DNA of 43,336 nucleotides, from assembly GCA_040390225.1 (NCBI GenBank), contig JAZJYU010000061.1, positions 4,104 through 47,439 on the forward strand. The letters run 5' to 3'. Under the pieces are notes generated by a model, which made no database searches, was not told where the DNA came from, and saw only the letters and a list, made by a program, of their open reading frames with translations. This document shows, piece by piece, positions 16,360 to 26,536 of the stretch (positions are counted from its first letter, which is position 1; every line of letters begins with the position of its first letter). The translations under genes were made by a program, and so were the position numbers. The DNA is from Actinomycetota bacterium (lineage in GTDB: Bacteria > Actinomycetota > Actinomycetes > Actinomycetales > Microbacteriaceae).

Positions 16360-18064
16360 GGGCTTTCTCTTCTTCTGCCGTGAAGGGCACGGTCCAGGTC
16401 AGCGTCGTTCCGGTGTCGCCCGATTCGACCGTCAATGTGCCACCTCGCGCTTCGGCACGAGTCTGCAGATTCGCCACGCCGCTGCGCCGTGTCGACCCCT
16501 GCATCCCGCGCCCGTTGTCGCCGATGACCACCACGACGTCACCCGCGATAGCTTCCACGCGCACGGTGCACCGGGTCGCCCGAGCATGCTTGGCCACGTT
16601 CGTCACGGACTCGCGCACGACGGCGAAGACATCGTCGGCGAGCGAGTCGACGATCACCAGATCAACCGGGCCGGCGAAGGCTATCGACGGCGGCCCGTCC
16701 AGCCCCGCGGCCAGTTCGTTGCCGAGATCGATGAGGCGGTGCCGGATGGTGTCGCGATTCGCGGCGGTCGCCGACGAGAGCGTGAAGATCGCCGTGCGGA
16801 TCTGCAGGATCGCGTCATCCAGATTGCCGACAGACTTCATCAGGCGTGCCGATAACCCCGGATCGGACACCGAGCTCGCAAGGCTTTGAAGCTCCAGCCC
16901 GGTGCCGAACAGCTGCTGGATCACGTGGTCGTGCAGGTCGCGGGCGATGCGCCCGCGATCCTCGAGCAACGACATCTGCTCCTGCGCTGTGCGCGCCTTC
17001 ATCAGCTCGAGAGCGACACTGCCCTGTCCGGCGAAATCGGCCACCATCTCGAGGTCGGCGAGATCGAAGGGATGCCCGTCTTCAAAACGGCTCACCATCA
17101 GCACCGCCTCCACCGTGTCGGCCGACACCATCGGAAGGCCGATGACCGGCCCGAATCGCAGGCTGCCCTGCAGCTGCACGGAACTCGCCGAACCGTCGTT
17201 GACCAGTAACGGCTGGCGCCCCTCGAACACCCGGCCGGCGAGCGTATCGCCTGCCGGGTATGACATTCCGACCAACTGCTCGGCCCCTGCTCCCTGCGCG
17301 AGGGTCACGGTGACCTCGTCACCGGCCGCGTTGAGCGCGGAGAGATGCACGATGTCGGCTTCGGCGAGTTGAAGCACCCGACTCAGGAGAATGGCAAGCG
17401 AGCTTTCACGGTCGGTCGAGAGCATCGCCGAGGTGACTTCGGCGGACGCCGCCGCCCAGGCCTGCCTTCGCTTGGTCTCCGCGAACAGCCGGGCGTTCTC
17501 GATGGCGAAACCCGCGGTGGCCGCGAGGTATCCGACGAGCTGTTCGTCCTCCGCGCTGAAGGTCCCCTTCTCTTGATTGCTGAGATAGAGATTGCCGAAG
17601 ACACGATCACGGATGCGCACCGGTACGCCGAGGAAACTGTCCATCGGCGGATGGTGGGCCGGGAATCCGGCAGACCTCGAGTCGTCGCTGATGTGCTCGA
17701 GCCTGATCGGATGCGGGTCGTCGATGAGGGCGCCGAGCAGGCCGTGCCCCTCGGGGAGGTGGCCGATCGCCTCGACCTCGCCTTCCGGCATCCCGACGTG
17801 GATGAACTGCTCCAGCCCGCCCGAGGGCGACACCACACCGAGCGCTCCGTACTGGGCGCCGACCAGCTCGACCGCGGCTTCGACGATCTTGCGGAGCACG
17901 TCGGCCAGATCGAGGGACTCGACGACGGCCTGATTCGCGCGGAGAAGCGCTCTCAGCCGGCCCTGGGTGGCCATGACGTCCTGCGCCTGTTCAACCAGAT
18001 CGGCCAGGGTTCGGTCGAGTTGCGCACGTGGCGCATCGGGAAAGGAAAGCATGTCGTCTGACAC
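16352..18064 (-). CDS. devS: Tandem-GAF histidine kinase, DosS/DevS-like heme gas sensor
   Basis: GAF-A with IGHLPEGHGLLG and GFPAHHPPMDSFLGVP; H-box EDRGRIARDLHDHVIQ; N-box ESVTNVAKHA; DNGRG; GTG 18064 after AGGAG. Confidence 0.88.
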   Translation of the reverse strand: MSDDMLSFPDAPRAQLDRTLADLVEQAQDVMATQGRLRALLRANQAVVESLDLADVLRKIVEAAVELVGAQYGALGVVSPSGGLEQFIHVGMPEGEVEAIGHLPEGHGLLGALIDDPHPIRLEHISDDSRSAGFPAHHPPMDSFLGVPVRIRDRVFGNLYLSNQEKGTFSAEDEQLVGYLAATAGFAIENARLFAETKRRQAWAAASAEVTSAMLSTDRESSLAILLSRVLQLAEADIVHLSALNAAGDEVTVTLAQGAGAEQLVGMSYPAGDTLAGRVFEGRQPLLVNDGSASSVQLQGSLRFGPVIGLPMVSADTVEAVLMVSRFEDGHPFDLADLEMVADFAGQGSVALELMKARTAQEQMSLLEDRGRIARDLHDHVIQQLFGTGLELQSLASSVSDPGLSARLMKSVGNLDDAILQIRTAIFTLSSATAANRDTIRHRLIDLGNELAAGLDGPPSIAFAGPVDLVIVDSLADDVFAVVRESVTNVAKHARATRCTVRVEAIAGDVVVVIGDNGRGMQGSTRRSGVANLQTRAEARGGTLTVESGDTGTTLTWTVPFTAEEEKAHA

Positions 18065-18157
18065 TGCGGGCTCCTGGTTGCTAAGACGATGCTGCGCGGA
18101 CCAGTGCCCTGATCCGACGCTCGCAATGCTACCTCTCGCGCGCCGGATTGCTCGGGG

Positions 18158-18199
18158 AGGACCTTGGTCCCGGTCGTTCGCGGTCGTGCACGAAATGCT
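18158..18199. promoter_or_regulatory. DosR-type box in the devS / usp-cyd divergent region
   Basis: AGGACCTTGGTCCC 18158-18171; AATGCT 22 nt downstream on +. Confidence 0.75.
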
Positions 18200-18227
18200 G
18201 GTATTCGGCAAGCGAGGAGAAAAGGAC

Positions 18228-19085
18228 ATGACCGACGCGATCATCGTGGGGGTGGACGGCTCGACCGCATCGACATCCGCGATCAAGTGGGCCGCGGAGC
18301 GCGCCCGCGACCGTGGACTCCCACTCGAGGTGGTGTACATCGTCGACGACTACTGGGGAAGCATGGGCGAGCGCGAGCTCGGCGAGCTGCACCCGGACAT
18401 CGCCGGCGTGGTCGACGATGCCGCTGCTGTCGCGCGCACGATCGCACCCGACACTCTCATCTCGGCACGTGTGCACACCGGCGACCCGATGGTCGAATTG
18501 GCCGAGGCATCCCGCACTGCGGCGATGATCGTCGTCGGCACCCACAAGACCGGCTTCTTCCACGGCCGCGCGTTCGGCTCCCGCAGCCTGCAACTGGCGG
18601 CGATGGCCTGGTGCCCGGTCGCCGTGATCCCCGGCTTCACGTCCGCGCTTCGCAAATCCATCGTCGTCGGCGTCGACGACTCCGCCGCATCGGCAGCCGC
18701 GATCGACTTCGCCGCGGAAGAATCCATCGCCACGAGCGAACCGCTCGTGTTCGTGCACGGCACGGAGGAGCCCGCGCGGGACCCCGCCAGACGAACGACG
18801 ACCCTGACCCAGTCGCTGACCAGGGCAGCGATGGTGCGGGCGAAGGCGGTGGGCGTCACCGAGTTGGTGCGTGCGCGGGAGATCGCGCGGCCGGCGGCCG
18901 AGGCTCTCATCGACGCGGCCCTCCAGGCGAATCTGCTCGTCATCGGCACGTCGCGGCGTCGCGGAATCGAGCAGTCCGCGCTCGGCCCGGTCGCGCACGA
19001 CGTGCTGATGAACATCACCGGTCCGACCGTCGTCGTACACGGCGACATGAACCCGTCAACCACCCAACCCCGGAGCACTCTGTGA
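18228..19085 (+). CDS. Tandem-domain universal stress protein
   Basis: Two IVVGVD...G motifs; GAGGAG RBS; stop overlaps the cydA start (GTGA). Confidence 0.92.
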   Translation: MTDAIIVGVDGSTASTSAIKWAAERARDRGLPLEVVYIVDDYWGSMGERELGELHPDIAGVVDDAAAVARTIAPDTLISARVHTGDPMVELAEASRTAAMIVVGTHKTGFFHGRAFGSRSLQLAAMAWCPVAVIPGFTSALRKSIVVGVDDSAASAAAIDFAAEESIATSEPLVFVHGTEEPARDPARRTTTLTQSLTRAAMVRAKAVGVTELVRAREIARPAAEALIDAALQANLLVIGTSRRRGIEQSALGPVAHDVLMNITGPTVVVHGDMNPSTTQPRSTL

Positions 19086-20491
19086 ACAGCATCCTCAGTC
19101 CGCTCGTCCTGTCCCAGTGGCAGTTCGGTCTCACCACCATCTATCACTTCCTGTTCGTCCCACTGACGATCGGGATGGCGACCATCACGGCGGTGTTCCA
19201 GTCGGCGTGGGTGCGCACCTCGAAGCCGAAGTACCTGCAACTGACCAGATTCTTCGGCAAGCTCTTTCTCATCAACTTCGCGATGGGCGTGGTCACCGGC
19301 ATCGTGCAGGAGTTCCAGTTCGGAATGAACTGGTCCACCTACTCGCGATTCGTCGGCGACGTTTTCGGTGCACCGCTCGCCATCGAGGGCCTGCTCGCGT
19401 TCTTCCTCGAGGCGACGTTCATCGGCCTGTGGATCTTCGGGTGGGACAAACTGCCGAAGAAGGTTCACCTCGCAACGATCTGGCTCACCGCGGCCGGAAG
19501 CATTCTGTCGGCGTACTTCATCATCGCGGCGAACGCGTTCATGCAGCATCCGGTTGGCTACGTACTGAACGCCACCCGCGGTCGCGCCGAACTGACCGAC
19601 ATCTGGGCCGTTCTGACGAACAAGGTCGCCCTCGCCGCGTTCCCCCACACGATCGTCGGCGCGTTCATGGTGTCCGCGGCACTCGTGATCTGCGTCGCCG
19701 CCTGGCACCTGGCTCGCAAGCGCAACGTCGAAACCATGAAGCCGGCACTCAAGTTCGGGCTCTGGACGATGGTGGGTTCCGGAATACTCTCCGTCTTCAC
19801 CGGCGACCAGTTGGGGCTTGTCATGGAGTCGACCCAGCCGATGAAGATGGCCGCTGCGGAAGCCCTGTATCACACGGCGAGCGGCGCTGACGCGTCGTTC
19901 TCGATCTTCACCCTCGGCACCCCTGATGGGGTGAGCGAGCTGTTCTCGATTCGCATCCCCTACCTGCTGTCCTTTCTTTCGACGCACACGCTCAACGGCA
20001 CCGTGCAGGGCATCAATGAATTGCAGGCGCAGTACACCGCGCTGTACGGCCCCGGGAACTATTCGCCCATCATCTGGGTGACCTATTGGGCCTTCCGCTG
20101 GATGATCGGGCTCGGACTCCTCGCGGCGATCATCGCCGTGGTGGGTCTGTGGTTCACCCGGAAGGGCCGGGACCCCAAGCGCTGGATGTACCGCATCGCC
20201 ATCTGGGCGTTCCCGCTGCCCCTCGCCGCCATGATCGTCGGCTGGATCTTCACCGAGATGGGCAGGCAGCCCTGGATCGTGTTCAGCCTGCTGAAGACGT
20301 CTGCGGCGGTATCGCCGAACATCACCGGCCTCGAAGTGCTCATCTCCATCGTCGCCTTCACCCTCGTCTACGGCGCGCTCGCGGTGGTCGAATTCCGGCT
20401 CATGAAGCGCACGGCACAGGCCGGACCTGATGCCATCACCCCCGCGGATGAGAACGCCGACCGCGCCTCAGATCCCGTCACCGTCTACTAG
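19082..20491 (+). CDS. cydA: Cytochrome bd oxidase subunit I
   Basis: WQFGLTTIYHFLFVP, GIVQEFQFGMNW, QPMKMAAAE, GWIFTEMGRQPW. Confidence 0.97.
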   Translation: MNSILSPLVLSQWQFGLTTIYHFLFVPLTIGMATITAVFQSAWVRTSKPKYLQLTRFFGKLFLINFAMGVVTGIVQEFQFGMNWSTYSRFVGDVFGAPLAIEGLLAFFLEATFIGLWIFGWDKLPKKVHLATIWLTAAGSILSAYFIIAANAFMQHPVGYVLNATRGRAELTDIWAVLTNKVALAAFPHTIVGAFMVSAALVICVAAWHLARKRNVETMKPALKFGLWTMVGSGILSVFTGDQLGLVMESTQPMKMAAAEALYHTASGADASFSIFTLGTPDGVSELFSIRIPYLLSFLSTHTLNGTVQGINELQAQYTALYGPGNYSPIIWVTYWAFRWMIGLGLLAAIIAVVGLWFTRKGRDPKRWMYRIAIWAFPLPLAAMIVGWIFTEMGRQPWIVFSLLKTSAAVSPNITGLEVLISIVAFTLVYGALAVVEFRLMKRTAQAGPDAITPADENADRASDPVTVY

Positions 20492-20502
20492 GAGCAACGA
20501 CC

Positions 20503-21519
20503 ATGTTTCTGCCCACCCTCTGGTTCTGGATCGTCGGATTCCTCTTCATCGGATACTTCGTGCTCGATGGCTTCGACTTCGGCGTCGGCATGTCGCTGCC
20601 GTTCCTCGGACGTGACGAGACGGACCGTCGCGTGATGATCAACTCGATCGGCCCGGTCTGGGACCTCAACGAGACCTGGCTCATCGTCGCAGGCGCGTGC
20701 CTGTTCGCTGCGTTTCCCGAGTGGTACGCGACGTTGTTCAGCGGGTTCTATCTGCCGCTGCTGCTCATCCTGCTGGCACTGATCGTTCGTGGCGTGTCGT
20801 TCGAATACCGCCATCATCGACCCGAATCGCGCTGGAAGAAGTGGTTCGACGGCATGATCATCGCCGGGTCCGCTCTGCCCGCGCTCCTGTGGGGTGTTGC
20901 CTTCGCGAACATCGTCGAGGGCGTGCCTCTGGATTCGCACCACAACTTCACGGGCACGGTATTCGACCTGCTGAACCCGTACGCGCTGCTCGGCGGGGTG
21001 ACCACGCTGATGCTGTTCTTCACCCACGGCGTCGTGTATCTGACCCTCAAGACGGACGGCGATCTCCGCGTGCGGGCGCGCGCACTCGCCCTCCGCTCAG
21101 GCACGGTGACCATCGTGGTCGCCGCTGCCTTCCTGCTCTGGACGAACGCGGACCACGGCACGGTGCTGTCCTGGGTTTTCGCAACGGTGGCGGCTCTGGC
21201 GCTCGTCGGGTCGTACATGGCGAACCTCAGGTGGCGGGAGCGCACCGCCTTCTGGCTCATGGCCGTGACCATCGCCACCGCGGTCGGCAGCCTGTTCCTC
21301 GGCCTGTATCCGAATGTCATGCCCGCCAGCAACGACGTGGCGAACAGCCTCACCGTCGTGAACGCATCGAGCACGCCGTACACCCTGACGGTCATGAGCT
21401 GGGTCGCCGTCGTGATGCTTCCGCTGGTGCTCGGGTACCAGATCTGGACCTACTGGATGCTGCGCAAGCGGATCACCCGGGAGTCCATCCCGCAACCGGT
21501 CCCGACTCTCGTCGACTGA
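20503..21519 (+). CDS. cydB: Cytochrome bd oxidase subunit II
   Basis: LDGFDFGVG, IGPVWDLNETWL, FAAFPEWY, RGVSFEYR. Confidence 0.97.
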   Translation: MFLPTLWFWIVGFLFIGYFVLDGFDFGVGMSLPFLGRDETDRRVMINSIGPVWDLNETWLIVAGACLFAAFPEWYATLFSGFYLPLLLILLALIVRGVSFEYRHHRPESRWKKWFDGMIIAGSALPALLWGVAFANIVEGVPLDSHHNFTGTVFDLLNPYALLGGVTTLMLFFTHGVVYLTLKTDGDLRVRARALALRSGTVTIVVAAAFLLWTNADHGTVLSWVFATVAALALVGSYMANLRWRERTAFWLMAVTIATAVGSLFLGLYPNVMPASNDVANSLTVVNASSTPYTLTVMSWVAVVMLPLVLGYQIWTYWMLRKRITRESIPQPVPTLVD

Positions 21520-21522
21520 CTT

Positions 21523-23139
21523 GTGAAACCCCTCGACCCACGTCTGCTGCGCTACGCGCGGTCGTCAGCGACATTCCTCGTTCTGGCTACCGTGCTGGGC
21601 CTGATCCGCACCGCGTGCACGATCGCGTTCTGCTGGCTGCTTGCCCAGGGGATCAGCGACGCCGTGCGCGGCCGGCCGCTGGTGTCGACGATCGCGCTGC
21701 TCGTCGTGGTCGTCGCGGTGCGTGCCGGTGCGGTCTGGGCGACGGATGCCGCGGCGGCGGCCGGCGCTGCGAAGGTCAAGTCTCAGCTCCGCCGGCGCTT
21801 CATGACGGCGATCGCCGCCCTCGGACCGTCATGGCTCGGTCGTCGCAACCGCGCCGAGGTGGCCACCACCGCCGTCGACGGGCTCGAGGCGCTTGACGGG
21901 TATTTCGCCCTCTTCCTGCCGCAACTGGTGCTGACGGTGGTCTCCACGCCGCTGATCGTCGTGATGATGTTCACTCAGGATGCGCTGAGCGGCATCATCG
22001 TGATCGCGACGCTTCCGCTCATCCCGGTCTTCATGATCCTCATCGGCTGGGCGACGCAGGCGGCGCAGCAGCGTCAGTGGACCACCCTCACCCACCTTTC
22101 CGGCCGCTTCCTCGACGTGGTCAACGGCCTGGCGACCCTGAAGATCTTCGGGCGCGAAAAGCGGCAGGAATCCCGGCTCGCCGCCGTCACCGAGGACTAC
22201 CGTTCGGCGACCATGAAGGTTCTGCGACTCTCGTTCCTCAGCGGCTTCGCACTCGAGCTCATCGCGACGCTCTCGGTCGCCCTCGTCGCTGTGTCGATCG
22301 GGCTCCGTCTGGTCAACGGTTCGCTCGGATTGGAGGTCGGCCTGTTCGTGCTGTTGCTGGCGCCGGAGGCGTTCCTTCCCGTCCGTCTGGTGGGCGCCAA
22401 CTACCATGCGGCGGCCGACGGGGTCGCTGCGGCAACCGACGTCTTCGCGATACTGGATGAAGCGCAGGGCGATCAGCGATCAGCGCCGATCACCTCGTCC
22501 GCCCGGCTTCACGAGGTCGAGGTGGTCGTCGACGACCTCACCGTGCTTCTTTCCGAACGCACGGTGCTTGACCACCTCTCGTTCACCGCACGACCCTTCG
22601 AGCTGACCGTGCTCGCCGGCCCGAGCGGAGCGGGCAAGTCGACCGTGCTCGCCGCCATGCTCGGGTTCGCCGGGTATGACGGCGCGGTGACCGGCGGAGG
22701 GCGCGCCCTGACCCGCGACGCAATCGCGTGGTCGCGCCAGCGCCCGGTGCTGGTGACCGGCAGTGTCGCCGACAACGTGGCGCTCGGCGACCCGGCACGG
22801 GACGCGCTGATGATTCTCCGCGCGCTCGACCTTGCCGGTGCGGCGGATCTCGACCCGGCGCGCCGCCTCGACGCACGTGCCGAGGGTCTCTCCGGTGGTC
22901 AGGCGGAACGCGTTTCCATCGCCCGGGCGATCTACCGCTGCCTCACTCGCGACTGCCCGGTCATCCTGCTCGACGAACCGTCGGCGGCGCTGGACTCCGC
23001 TACGGAGGCGCGGCTGGTCGAGGGGTTGAGGCAGCTCGCGGCCGAGGGCAGAACCGTCATCGTCACCAGCCATCGCTCGGCTGTCATCGGCGCGGCCGAC
23101 TCGGTCATCGAACTGAAGGAGCGAGCGGATGTCCGCTGA
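21523..23139 (+). CDS. cydD: Thiol/heme ABC exporter CydD
   Basis: MKPLDPRL, YFALFLPQL, TMKVLRLSFLSGFALE, LLLAPEAFLP; Walker A GPSGAGKST; LSGGQ. Confidence 0.93.
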   Translation: MKPLDPRLLRYARSSATFLVLATVLGLIRTACTIAFCWLLAQGISDAVRGRPLVSTIALLVVVVAVRAGAVWATDAAAAAGAAKVKSQLRRRFMTAIAALGPSWLGRRNRAEVATTAVDGLEALDGYFALFLPQLVLTVVSTPLIVVMMFTQDALSGIIVIATLPLIPVFMILIGWATQAAQQRQWTTLTHLSGRFLDVVNGLATLKIFGREKRQESRLAAVTEDYRSATMKVLRLSFLSGFALELIATLSVALVAVSIGLRLVNGSLGLEVGLFVLLLAPEAFLPVRLVGANYHAAADGVAAATDVFAILDEAQGDQRSAPITSSARLHEVEVVVDDLTVLLSERTVLDHLSFTARPFELTVLAGPSGAGKSTVLAAMLGFAGYDGAVTGGGRALTRDAIAWSRQRPVLVTGSVADNVALGDPARDALMILRALDLAGAADLDPARRLDARAEGLSGGQAERVSIARAIYRCLTRDCPVILLDEPSAALDSATEARLVEGLRQLAAEGRTVIVTSHRSAVIGAADSVIELKERADVR

Positions 23140-24790
23140 AGAACGGGCGGTGCTGCGGCTCGCGCAACCACCGCTTCTCCGGTTCCTGCCGGGCCTCGGG
23201 CTCGGGCTCCTGTCGGCGTTGTGCTCGGTCGCGCTGCTGGCGACGTCGGCCTGGCTTATCACCCGGGCATCAGAGCATCCCCCGATCCTGTACCTGTCGG
23301 CGGCGATCGTCGGGGTCAGGGCCTTCGCGCTGGGCCGCGCCGGCTTCCGCTACGCGGAGCGTCTCGCCAGCCACAGCGCCGCATTCCGGCAGCTCGGCCA
23401 GCTGCGCGTCGGCGTCTACACGAAACTCGAACCACTGCTCCCCGACGGACTCGGAACAGGAACGCGGGGCGATCTGATGACGCGCATGGTCGCCGACGTC
23501 GACCGCCTGCCCGACCTTCCACTGCGCGTCGTCCAGCCGATCGTCGTGGCTGTCGTCACCGCCGCCGTCAGCGTGGTCGGGGTCACGATCCTGCTGCCGG
23601 CCGCCGGCCTCGCACTTCTCATCTCGCTGGTACTGGGATTCGTGATCGCAACGCTCGTGCATTCGGCGGTGTCCTCCCGCGCCGAGCGCGCCATCGCCCC
23701 GCTTCGCGGGCGGCTCGCAGACCTGATCCTCGAGACGGTGTCGTCGCTCGACGTGCTCATCGCCTTCGACGCGATCGGCGAACGGCTCGACGCGATCGAC
23801 GCCGCCGACCGTGCTGTCACGGGCGCGACGCGGCGACGTGCCCTCGGCGCCGGGGCGACATCCGCAGCGCTGGCCGGCCTCTCCGGACTGGCGACGGTCA
23901 TCGCACTCTGGATCGCCATCCCCGCGGCGGCCTCCGGCGCGATCGCGGCCCCGACGCTCGCGGTGATCGCACTGATTCCGCTTGCCGTGTTCGATGTGAT
24001 GGGCGGCGCACCGCTGGCCGTCTCAGCGTGGCGGCAGGTGCGGGTCAGCGCTCAGCGCGTCGCCGATGTCGCCGAACATGCCCCGGTGAGCCGGCCGGTC
24101 GTGACCACGTCTGCTCCGGCACGCGGTCATCACCCCGTCGTCGAGCTGCGGGACGTCGCGGTGCGCTGGCCAGGTGCCCGGCACGACACCGTGCGCGGGT
24201 TCTCACTCGCTCTCGAAGCCGGTGATCGGGTGCACATCGCGGGCACCACCGGCGCCGGCAAGACGACGCTCGCGCACGCTCTGGTCGGGTTCCTGCCGTA
24301 TCGGGGAAGCTACACGATACTCGGCAACGAGGTCGCCGGCCTGCCCGAGAACGACGTGCGCCGGGTAGTCGGACTGTGCGAGCAATCGCCGTACCTGTTC
24401 GACTCCGACCTCAGGCAGAACCTTCTGCTCGCCCGCGACACCGCGACCGACGCCGAGCTGCTGGTCATGCTCGACCGGGTCGGGCTGGCCGAGTGGGCGG
24501 ACTCGCGGAATGGTCTCGACACGATGCTCGGTGACGGTGGCAGCCTCGTCTCCGGCGGTCAGGCGCAGCGGATCGCGCTCGCCCGTGCACTCCTTGCCGA
24601 TTTCCCGGTGGTGGTGTTCGACGAGCCGACGGCCAACGTCGAAGAAGAGCTCGCCGGCCAGCTGATGTCGGACATCCTGTCGACCGTCGCGGACGACGAC
24701 CGTGTGGTCATCGTGATCAGTCATACCGCGATCGACCCGGCCCTCGTCACCCGGACTGTGCAGTTGACACCAGCGACCATCACCGCCTGA
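23129..24790 (+). CDS. cydC: Thiol/heme ABC exporter CydC
   Basis: LLATSAWLITRAS, GVRAFALGRAGFRYAERLASH; Walker A GTTGAGKTT; VSGGQ. Confidence 0.93.
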   Translation: MSAEERAVLRLAQPPLLRFLPGLGLGLLSALCSVALLATSAWLITRASEHPPILYLSAAIVGVRAFALGRAGFRYAERLASHSAAFRQLGQLRVGVYTKLEPLLPDGLGTGTRGDLMTRMVADVDRLPDLPLRVVQPIVVAVVTAAVSVVGVTILLPAAGLALLISLVLGFVIATLVHSAVSSRAERAIAPLRGRLADLILETVSSLDVLIAFDAIGERLDAIDAADRAVTGATRRRALGAGATSAALAGLSGLATVIALWIAIPAAASGAIAAPTLAVIALIPLAVFDVMGGAPLAVSAWRQVRVSAQRVADVAEHAPVSRPVVTTSAPARGHHPVVELRDVAVRWPGARHDTVRGFSLALEAGDRVHIAGTTGAGKTTLAHALVGFLPYRGSYTILGNEVAGLPENDVRRVVGLCEQSPYLFDSDLRQNLLLARDTATDAELLVMLDRVGLAEWADSRNGLDTMLGDGGSLVSGGQAQRIALARALLADFPVVVFDEPTANVEEELAGQLMSDILSTVADDDRVVIVISHTAIDPALVTRTVQLTPATITA

Positions 24791-24859
24791 CTGCCCCGAC
24801 CGCGATCAACGGCCGGCGGTGTGTGCTCGGTCACGAACCCGAACGGTACCGAGCACACG

Positions 24860-24891
24860 AAAAGGCCCGCGGCACGAAGCCGCGGGCCTTT
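24860..24891. terminator. Bidirectional intrinsic terminator between convergent cydC and ALDH
   Basis: AAAGGCCCGCGGC-ACGAA-GCCGCGGGCCTTT, with T-runs on both strands. Confidence 0.85.
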
Positions 24892-24905
24892 CTCGTTGGC
24901 TGGCG

Positions 24906-26498
24906 TCAGATGAAGAAGCCGAGGGGCTTCGGGTCGTGGTTGTCGAGCACGCTCTTGACCTCCTGGTAGTTCTTCAGGGTCTGCTGGTCGGTCTCGCGAC
25001 CGTAGCCGGACTGCTTGTATCCACCGAAACCGGCGCCCGCCGGGTACTGGTGGTAGGTGTTCACCCACACCCGCCCCGCGCGAATCTGCTGGCTCGCCTC
25101 GAAGGTGACGTCGGCGTCCCGGCTCCACACGCCCGAACCGAGACCGTAGATCGTGTCGTTGGCTATGTCGATCGCCTGGCCGAAACTGTCGAAGGATGCG
25201 ACGGTCACGACCGGCCCGAAGATCTCCTCCTGGAAGACCCGCATGTCGTTGGTTCCCTCGAACACGGTCGGCTGCACGAAGTAGCCGCCCTCGAGGTCTC
25301 CGGACATGTCCGCCTTCGCGCCACCGGCGAGAACCTTCGCGCCCTCCTCGGGTCCGAGCTTCAGATAGCCGGAGATCTTGTCCAGCTGCTCCTTGCTGTT
25401 CTGCGGGCCCATCTCGGTCAGCGTGTCGAGCGGGTTGCCGACGATGATGCGCTTGACACGGGCGAGCGCGTCATCGAGGAAGCCACCCTTGATCAGGTCG
25501 CTCTGCAGCAGCGCGCGCGACGGGCAGGAACAGACCTCGCCCTTGTTGAGGGCGAACATCGTGAAGCCCTCGATCGCCTTGCGGTAGAAGTCATCCTTCT
25601 GCTCGGCGACGTCCTTGAAGAAGATGTTCGGCGACTTGCCGCCCAGCTCCATCGTGGTCGGAATGATGTTCTTCTGCGCGTACGACATGATCTCGCGGCC
25701 GGTCGCCGTCGACCCGGTGAACGCCACCTTGCCGATGCCGTCGTGCTCGACCAGCGGGCGGCCGAGGGCCGATCCACTGCCGTTGACGATGTTGACCACG
25801 CCGGCGGGAAGGATGTCCTGGATCAGTTCCATGACGTAGAGGATCGAGATCGGGGTGGCACTCGCCGGCTTCAGCACGACGGTGTTGCCCGCGGCGAGCG
25901 CGGGAGCGAGCTTCCAGGCGGCCATGAGCAGCGGGAAGTTCCACGGGATGATCTGGGCCACGACACCGATCGGCTCATAGAAGTGATACGAGACCAGGTC
26001 GTTGGTCAGCTTCTTGATCGTCCCCTCCTGGGTGCGGATCGCGGCGGCGAAGTACCGGAAATGGTCGATCACGAGCGGGATGTCGGCCCCGAGCGTCTCG
26101 CGTACCGGCTTGCCGTTCTCCCACGACTCGAGCACCGCGATCTGCTCGAGGTGCGCCTGGAGGCGGTCGGCGATGGCGATCAGCGTGGCGGCACGGTCCG
26201 TCGTCGAGGTCGCGGCCCAGGCCGGGAAGGCCCGGGTGGCGGCGGCGACCGCGAGGTCGATGTCTTCGACGGTGGAGCGCGCGTACTCGGCGATGGGAAG
26301 TGCGGTTGCGGGTGCGAGGTCTTCGGCATATCCACCCTTGACCGGCTTCACCCACTCGCCTCCGATGAAGTTGTCATACCTCGTCTTCAGTTGCACGATG
26401 CTCCCGGTGGTTCCGGGGCGCGCGTAGACGGTGTGAACCGGACCCGCGGTGACGAGATCCTCTGTCGGCCGGGTGGCCGGTTCCACGATGGTGGTCAT
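24906..26498 (-). CDS. NAD-dependent aldehyde dehydrogenase (AldA/AldB acetaldehyde type)
   Basis: RYDNFIGGEW, IIPWNFPLLMAAWK, FTGST, MELGGKSP, GEVCSCP, EEIFGPV, FGGYKQSG; AAGGA RBS before ATG 26498. Confidence 0.94.
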   Translation of the reverse strand: MTTIVEPATRPTEDLVTAGPVHTVYARPGTTGSIVQLKTRYDNFIGGEWVKPVKGGYAEDLAPATALPIAEYARSTVEDIDLAVAAATRAFPAWAATSTTDRAATLIAIADRLQAHLEQIAVLESWENGKPVRETLGADIPLVIDHFRYFAAAIRTQEGTIKKLTNDLVSYHFYEPIGVVAQIIPWNFPLLMAAWKLAPALAAGNTVVLKPASATPISILYVMELIQDILPAGVVNIVNGSGSALGRPLVEHDGIGKVAFTGSTATGREIMSYAQKNIIPTTMELGGKSPNIFFKDVAEQKDDFYRKAIEGFTMFALNKGEVCSCPSRALLQSDLIKGGFLDDALARVKRIIVGNPLDTLTEMGPQNSKEQLDKISGYLKLGPEEGAKVLAGGAKADMSGDLEGGYFVQPTVFEGTNDMRVFQEEIFGPVVTVASFDSFGQAIDIANDTIYGLGSGVWSRDADVTFEASQQIRAGRVWVNTYHQYPAGAGFGGYKQSGYGRETDQQTLKNYQEVKSVLDNHDPKPLGFFI

Positions 26499-26536
26499 TT
26501 CCTTCTTCTTTCCCTTTATCTTTGGCGACCTGAGGG

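Noticed and set aside
18097-18110. CGGACCAGTGCCCT as a twelfth DosR box
   Set aside because: Too degenerate and no -10 at the conserved spacing; at most a secondary site
18164-19081. Apparent N-terminal extensions in the ORF track (cydA 775 aa, devS 662 aa, pntB 604 aa, ALDH 618 aa, arcA 496 aa, ADH 407 aa)
   Set aside because: Extensions overlap neighbouring genes or promoters; RBS, coupling and leaderless starts give shorter conventional proteins, so these are not fusions
5331-26498. Complete ethanol fermentation from acetyl-CoA
   Set aside because: The ALDH is the non-acylating type and no AdhE or pyruvate decarboxylase is in the window, so the direction of ADH flux cannot be inferred
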